Shown: in pieces, positions 26,547 to 32,000 of the stretch
Layout of the letters: the number at the start of each line of letters is the position of its first letter
Position numbering within the stretch: position 1 is the first letter of the stretch
From: Wolbachia endosymbiont strain TRS of Brugia malayi
GTDB lineage: Bacteria > Pseudomonadota > Alphaproteobacteria > Rickettsiales > Anaplasmataceae
Direction: 5' to 3'
DNA length: 32,000 nt
Assembly (NCBI RefSeq): GCF_000008385.1
Contig: NC_006833.1
Coordinates: 840,001 to 872,000 of the forward strand
Made by a program: the position numbers and the translations under genes
The notes under the pieces: model-generated
Databases searched by the model: none
Told to the model about the DNA's origin: nothing
Seen by the model: only the letters and a program-made list of their open reading frames with translations

Positions 26547-26759
26547 AGTACTTGAGTTAATTATTTATCTTCTCTGTACAGATTAAATGACAAAAAAACT
26601 TAATGTATCTTGCACCTTATGTTTTTTACATTGTTGTCTACATTACCAAAAAAACGCCAACTGATAAAATGTATAGTGAATAAATAGCTGCCGCAGGATT
26701 TCTTTTGTCTTTTTTCTTGTTTGGTAAATTTCTTAAATATTTGCAGCTAAACAACAACC

Positions 26760-26800
26760 GTCATTCTGCTACTTATTAGCGGGATATCTACTGGGATGAT
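26760..26800. repeat. Degenerate GTCATTC...GGGATGA element
   Basis: GTCATTCTGCTACTTATTAGCGGGATATCTACTGGGATGAT. The ends GTCATTC / GGGATGA(T) and the internal CTAC/GTAG-type arms resemble the hairpin family at 22994 and 23387. Confidence 0.3.
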
Positions 26801-26915
26801 AGGGAATACAAGAAAGTATTTATGATTAATTTTTAGATGAAATATAGAACTTCGATAAATTTAACCTTTCTATGAAACTATACAACAATGATAAGTAAAC
26901 TGAGAGGGAAGGGTT

Positions 26916-28398
26916 ATGGTAATAGAAAAGGAAAAGTTGTTTAAAATCATACAAAAAGCAAGCAAGAGCCAAGATTTGAAATGAGGATAATTTACTTAAA
27001 AGAGTAGGAAATGAGTTACATGAAAAAGATGAAGCAGAATATAGTAAGTTTTGCCTTGGCATAGATAAGAATCATTTATTTAGTATACAAACCCCAGAGG
27101 AAATTTCAGAAGGTTGGACATTACTACACCTCGCTGTAGAATGTAACAATCTACTAATGGTAAAGCTTTTACTAGACAAGAAAGTAGGTGTTAATATCTG
27201 AGTAAAAGACAGATCTAAAGATGGTGTGGACCTACCCATTTGCACATCGTTACTTTGCATGGTAATCATAGAGATAATGCAACGTTACTAAGTGATGATC
27301 GAGTAAAACCCTTATTAAAAGATGCTCATGATCAAGTTCCAAGAGAGGTGGCTGGTGATGTACTAAACAGGTATACTATAATAAAAATGTTAGAGGAAGC
27401 AGAAAAAAGTTATCGTGCAAAGCCGCAGAAGAAAGCAAAAAATTTAAAATCAAGCTTCAAGGTAGAAGTACCTATCATTTATTATAGAATAAGCATTTAT
27501 GATAACATCTGTAAACGGAAATTATGTAACTGTTCCAGCAAATGTTACAGATTTTTACTACAAATAGTATGATGATACACGTAGTAATAGTATTAGTGAT
27601 GATAGTGAAATACATATTTCTCCAGAACAGATATCCATGTATAAAGATGAGAACGGAACGATTCCCTTACTCTCTCTGAAGAGGAAATAAAGAAGCTTGA
27701 AGTTCAGCTAAAAAGATCATGTGTTCAACTCAAGAATGAGTAGAAAGAGAATCAATTATTAAAACAAAAAATACGAGATCTAGGAAGTAAAAACATAACA
27801 CTTAATAGTGAATTAGGCAAAACAAAACCAGCATTCTAAAACAAAAGCGTTGTAAAAAAAGCGCGAAAGTAACTGACAGAATTAAAAAGTAGAGCAAATA
27901 TTGGCACGAAAAAGAAGAGTGGACTTCTTTACATATTACTGCTATATTCAGTAATGTAGAGATAATAAAGACCAATATTATAATTAGGTAAAATATAACT
28001 CAGCGCAATGGATCAAGATAGATGGATTATTTTATTCATGCTACAAACAATTGTCATGCAGACAAAGTAAAATATTTAGAAAAAGGAGCAAATTTTGAAG
28101 CACGAGATAAAAATGAAAAGAGCTTTTTGGATCTTGCCACTGACAAATAAAACAATGACATAGTAGAATACTTACAGGAAAAATCAAGAGTAAAACAGAT
28201 TTTAGTAAGGGTAAAGCAGAAAAAAAAGACTACTGTTTTCAAGAATTATCTATATGAACCTTATAACTACGTCAATAGCAGGTTCTATCTCTTAGTGTTA
28301 TTTCCAGATTGTTTGCCCCATTAATAATTATAACTTCTATAACATCTGCTTCGATAGCTGGCAGCATTACATACACAATGTTACAACCCTACCACTAA
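26916..28398 (+). pseudogene. Ankyrin-repeat protein pseudogene (ANK repeats + coiled-coil + C-terminal hydrophobic tail), several frameshifts and in-frame stops
   Basis: It starts MVIEKEKLFKIIQKASKSQDLK* and then shifts frame to NEDNLLKRVGNELHEKDEAEYSKFCLGIDKNHLFSIQTPEEISEGWTLLHLAVECNNLLMVKLLLDKKVGVNI*. This TGA stop lies around 27199 within an ANK repeat. After another frameshift it reads LHIVTLHGNHRDNATLL... Later come a coiled-coil-like EEEIKKLEVQLKRSCVQLKNE*KENQLLKQKIRDLGSKN and more ANK (WTSLHITAIFSNVEIIK..., FIHATNNCHADKVKYLEKGANFEARDKNEKSFLDLATDK*NNDIVEYL). It ends in the hydrophobic SRLFAPLIIITSITSASIAGSITYTML...*. Confidence 0.65.
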
Positions 28399-28526
28399 AT
28401 TGAAAGAAGTGGCTGTCCAAAATCAACAATATGGTGTTTATAAAGCTTAATTTGTAGCAATATCTGCTTTACTCATCCCTGGTAACTTTGATATAGTTAT
28501 TAGGTTAAGATCTATAAAGTTTATAA

Positions 28527-29525
28527 ATGGTGACCTTGAGTGTAAGAGAAGCTTTATGTACAGCAATTAGAGAAGAAATGCAAAACAATCATGATGTATT
28601 TATCATGGGTGAAGAAGTTGCGGAGTATGATGGCGCTTATAAAGTAACAAAAGGGTTGCTGAAAGAGTTTGGAAAAAATAGGGTGGTTGATACACCCATT
28701 ACTGAACATGGATTTGCTGGTCTTGCTGTTGGAGCAGCATTTGCTGGACTCAGGCCAATAGTTGAATTTATGACTTTTAATTTTTCCATGCAGGCTATTG
28801 ATCAAATTGTGAATTCCGCAGCAAAAATAAATTATATGTCAGGTGGACAGCTTGGATGTCCCATAGTATTTCGTGGACCAAACGGCGCTGCAGCAAGAGT
28901 CGCTGCACAACATTCCCAATGTTTTGCATCTTGGTATTCGCATGTACCAGGATTAAAAGTAATAGCACCTTATTTTGCCTCCGATTGCAGGGGTCTGCTC
29001 AAAGCTGCAATTCGTGATCCGGATCCAGTAATATTTCTAGAAAACGAGATCGCTTATGGGCACGAGCATGAAGTTCCTGATTCTGAGCTATCGGACAAAG
29101 ACTATCTGCTTGAGATAGGTAAAGCTGCTGTTATACGGGAAGGAAAGGATGTAACTATTACTGCTTTCTCATTGAAATTAAAGGATGCTTTAAATGCAGC
29201 AGATTTACTTTCAGGTGGAGGCATAGAAGCTGAAGTTATTGACTTAAGAACTTTAAGACCTCTTGATACTGAAACTATTATTAATTCTATCAGGAAAACT
29301 AATAGATTAGTTAGCATAGAAGAAGGTTGGCCATTTGCAGGAATAGGAGCAGAGCTTTCAGCTGTTGTTATGGAGCAGGGATTTGACTACCTTGATGCCC
29401 CAGTTGTACGCGTAACTGGCAAGGATATTCCCCTTCCCTATGCTGCAAATCTAGAAAAAAAAGCATTACCGCAAGTGGAAGACATAGTTGAAACTGTGCA
29501 TCAGGTCTGTTTTAGAAAAAAATAA
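28527..29525 (+). CDS. pdhB: Pyruvate dehydrogenase E1 component beta subunit
   Basis: 332 aa. [78 protein letters not shown] is typical of E1-beta. Confidence 0.93.
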   Translation: MVTLSVREALCTAIREEMQNNHDVFIMGEEVAEYDGAYKVTKGLLKEFGKNRVVDTPITEHGFAGLAVGAAFAGLRPIVEFMTFNFSMQAIDQIVNSAAKINYMSGGQLGCPIVFRGPNGAAARVAAQHSQCFASWYSHVPGLKVIAPYFASDCRGLLKAAIRDPDPVIFLENEIAYGHEHEVPDSELSDKDYLLEIGKAAVIREGKDVTITAFSLKLKDALNAADLLSGGGIEAEVIDLRTLRPLDTETIINSIRKTNRLVSIEEGWPFAGIGAELSAVVMEQGFDYLDAPVVRVTGKDIPLPYAANLEKKALPQVEDIVETVHQVCFRKK

Positions 29526-29548
29526 GCCTTAAATTTCCAATACAAAGC

Positions 29549-29579
29549 AATCCATTGGTAGAAGGATTTATTTCTTTTT
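29549..29579 (+). terminator. Weak candidate intrinsic terminator after pdhB
   Basis: AATCC-ATTGGTAGAA-GGATT followed by TATTTCTTTTT. The stem is only 5 bp and AT-rich. Confidence 0.25.
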
Positions 29580-29591
29580 ATCCACTCCATA

Positions 29592-29925
29592 TCATCCCAT
29601 TAAAGAAGTATTTTCACCTATATCACCCATTACTTTTGTCACAATAGCTTTAGCACCAAAAAATACAGTATAAAATATACCTAATGCAAAAAGGACCACC
29701 AGGGTATTTTACCAAATATCGCAAGTAAAGCTGCACCTATCATTACTGACGGTTATAGGAGGTCCACCTATTCCCCAAACGTAGCCGATAATATTACATA
29801 TTACTTGAGCAGTTATATCATCATCGGTACCAGATTTATTATCAGTATTTCCAATATAAGAAAAGAAATAAATAATATTATAAAAAGATATCAAAAACTT
29901 TCCTAATCATAGGGTTCATCCTCAT
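29592..29925 (-). pseudogene. Possible decayed small membrane-protein gene
   Basis: The 61-aa ORF (...IIGYVWGIGGPPITVSNDRCSFTCDIW*) is followed, after an in-frame TAA, by NTLVVLFALGIFYTVFFGAKAIVTKVMGDIGENTSLMG*. An alternative frame reads GAALLAIFGK across the break. These hydrophobic segments suggest one former membrane ORF. Confidence 0.3.
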
Positions 29926-30047
29926 ACCTTAAATTTAGATATCGCAATTGTACCTAAAATAGTAGAATTTTTGGTAAAGTTAGTACAAAGATTAGATAAA
30001 TTCGCAGTTAAGCATTATATTTTACTAAATTTCCTACTTTCTATGCA

Positions 30048-31844
30048 TCAATCACCTATTTTCAAAGCTTGAATAAAAGCATTATGTGGAATGTCCACGT
30101 TTCCTACAGAATATAGTCTTTTCTTGCCTTTCTTTTGCTTTTCTAAAAGCTTCATTTTTCGTGTTACGTCTCCACCATAGAGTTTAGCTGTTACATCCTT
30201 TCTATATGGGTTAATCGTTTCTCTTGCAACAATTTTACCGCCCACTGTTGCTTGAATTGCAATTTTATATTGCTGACGTGGTATTAAATCTCTCAAGCGC
30301 GCACATATTTCACGTCCTCTTTTCTCAGATCTACTTTTGTGAACAATACAGGCCAATGCATCTACAGGTTCTCCATTAACTAAAAAGCTCAATTTATCTA
30401 TTTGACTTTCCTGATAATTGGAAATTTCCCAATCCAAACTTGCGTATCCCTTAGAAATCGATTTCAACCTATCATAAAAATCCAAAACAACCTCAGACAG
30501 TGGCAACTTATACTTCAACAACGCTGTCATTGTGTTACCAACGTAAGATAAATCCTCCTGTTTTCCTCTCCTTTCATCACATAGAGATAGAATTTCCCCT
30601 AAATATTGGTCGGGTACCATTATAGTTGCAGTAATCCATGGCTCTTCTACTATTTTAATCTTTACTGAATCTGGCATATCATTTGGGTTATGAATATTCA
30701 GAGTTTCACCACTTTGCGTTGTAACCTCATATATAACACTTGGTGCAGTTGCCGTTAAGTCCAAATCAAATTCTCTTTCGAGCCTTTCTTGGATAACCTC
30801 AAGATGTAGCATCCCCAAGAAACCGCAACGAAACCCATAGCCGAGCGCATTTGAAGTTTCAGCTTCGAAGGTAAAACTTGTATCATTCAAATGTAACTTC
30901 TCCAGCGCCTCTCTTAAATATTTAAAGCCATCTGTTTTGTTAGGGAAAATACTACAAAACACCACAGGGTGTATCTCTTTAAAGCCCGGCAATGCTTCAC
31001 CGCAAGGTTTTTTTTCTTCGGTAATAGTGTCCCCTACTTTGCAGTCTGCCATTTTTCTCATCGAAGCAGTTATAAAACCAACTTCACCTGCTGAGAGTTC
31101 ACTTGTCATTACTTTTTTAGGAGTAAAAATACCGATATTGTCTACTTGATATACAGCATTGTTAGACATCATAACAATCTTCATGCCTTTTTTTAGCACC
31201 CCATTTTTAACTCGTACTAAAATTACTACTCCCAAGTAAGGGTCATACCAACTATCAACTAAAATCGCCTGCAGTGGAGCATTTATATTACCCTGTGGAG
31301 CTGGAAGTTTTGTTATTATTGCTTCCAATACATCCCTTATTCCAAGTCCAGTTTTTGCCGATATTAAAATTGACTCACTAGAGCCAATGCCAATTATTTC
31401 TTCAACCTGAAGTTTTACCCTTTCTGGATCTGAGGCAGGAAGGTCAACTTTGTTGAGCACAACTATTATCTCATGATTATTGTCAATTGCCTTATATACA
31501 TTCGCAAGAGTTTGAGCTTCAACCCCCTGACTACTATCTATTACTAAGAGCGAACCTTCACATGCAGCTAAGCTTCGACTTACTTCATACGAAAAGTCAA
31601 CATGACCTGGAGTATCCATAAGGTTTAAACAATATCGATTACCATCATTTGCAGTATAGTTTAGCCTTACCGTCTGTGCTTTGATTGTGATCCCACGTTC
31701 GCGTTCTATATCCATCGAGTCGAGCACTTGATTGGTCATTTCTCTTGCCTCAAGACCATTACACTCCTCTATCAAACGGTCAGCAAGTGTTGATTTACCG
31801 TGATCTATATGTGCTATTATTGCAAAATTCCTTACATTGTCCAT
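30048..31844 (-). CDS. lepA: Translation elongation factor 4 (LepA)
   Basis: 598 aa. [34 protein letters not shown], and the LepA-specific C-terminal domain (...[50 protein letters not shown]). Confidence 0.96.
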   Translation of the reverse strand: MDNVRNFAIIAHIDHGKSTLADRLIEECNGLEAREMTNQVLDSMDIERERGITIKAQTVRLNYTANDGNRYCLNLMDTPGHVDFSYEVSRSLAACEGSLLVIDSSQGVEAQTLANVYKAIDNNHEIIVVLNKVDLPASDPERVKLQVEEIIGIGSSESILISAKTGLGIRDVLEAIITKLPAPQGNINAPLQAILVDSWYDPYLGVVILVRVKNGVLKKGMKIVMMSNNAVYQVDNIGIFTPKKVMTSELSAGEVGFITASMRKMADCKVGDTITEEKKPCGEALPGFKEIHPVVFCSIFPNKTDGFKYLREALEKLHLNDTSFTFEAETSNALGYGFRCGFLGMLHLEVIQERLEREFDLDLTATAPSVIYEVTTQSGETLNIHNPNDMPDSVKIKIVEEPWITATIMVPDQYLGEILSLCDERRGKQEDLSYVGNTMTALLKYKLPLSEVVLDFYDRLKSISKGYASLDWEISNYQESQIDKLSFLVNGEPVDALACIVHKSRSEKRGREICARLRDLIPRQQYKIAIQATVGGKIVARETINPYRKDVTAKLYGGDVTRKMKLLEKQKKGKKRLYSVGNVDIPHNAFIQALKIGD

Positions 31845-32000
31845 TGATGGCTATTCTACTCATTTAAGTAGAACTATTTTACATTTTAAGTGTTGTAAGG
31901 GCAATTGTTTATTAAGAAACTTATTTACTCCTTTAATATAGACGACACTTTTTTTGAGTGAGAAACTACTTTATTAACCATATAACTCTCATGATTGTTA

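Noticed and set aside
26587-26664. 25-codon Cys-rich ORF MTKKLNVSCTLCFLHCCLHYQKNAN downstream of the promoter-like motif
   Set aside because: It is too short to support from sequence alone, has no ribosome-binding site, and is plausible by chance in AT-rich spacer. It is mentioned only in the promoter finding.
26826-28242. Minus-strand ORFs 26826..27062, 27072..27269 and 28054..28242
   Set aside because: They lie opposite recognisable ankyrin-repeat coding remnants on the plus strand and have no motifs of their own.
31925-32000. Minus-strand frame open from the window edge (…NNHESYMVNKVVSHSKKVSSILKE*)
   Set aside because: Only 24 codons are visible and no motif is present, so it cannot be told apart from chance.

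Overview
AT-rich, gene-dense chromosome segment that reads as Wolbachia-like (Rickettsiales/Anaplasmataceae). The diagnostics are a single 2839-aa fused rpoB-rpoC ORF, a circularly permuted (two-piece) alphaproteobacterial tmRNA gene, and ankyrin-repeat and phage relics. About 85% of the window is ordinary core machinery, almost all on the minus strand. In plus-strand coordinate order it holds ftsK(5' part)-yggT-sspB-ssrA, then rpoBC-rplL-rplJ-rplA-rplK-nusG-secE-tRNATrp-tuf-tRNAGly-tRNATyr (transcribed from the tRNATyr end toward rpoBC), then carA, fmt, rplT-rpmI, merR-like/ihfA, iscX, tRNALeu, rpsD, tkt(+), pdhB(+) and lepA. Two patches are decaying accessory DNA. Patch 20.27-23.04 kb holds an MFS transporter pseudogene and a lone phage terminase large-subunit pseudogene. 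Patch 26.9-28.4 kb holds a multiply disrupted ankyrin-repeat gene with coiled-coil and C-terminal hydrophobic segments. I do not see a convincing intact, novel multi-gene system (no defence island, toxin-antitoxin pair, CRISPR or secretion cluster). The best leads are single-locus oddities: (1) nusG preceded in frame by a second, truncated NGN-like module; (2) ssrA immediately followed by the gene for the ssrA-tag adaptor SspB; (3) a family of short GTCATTCCAG-type hairpin repeats, one copy in frame inside tkt; (4) an orphan 4-TM protein built from two repeated TM-hairpin modules; (5) the pseudogene patches. All calls come from reading the sequence and ORF translations; no database search was possible.
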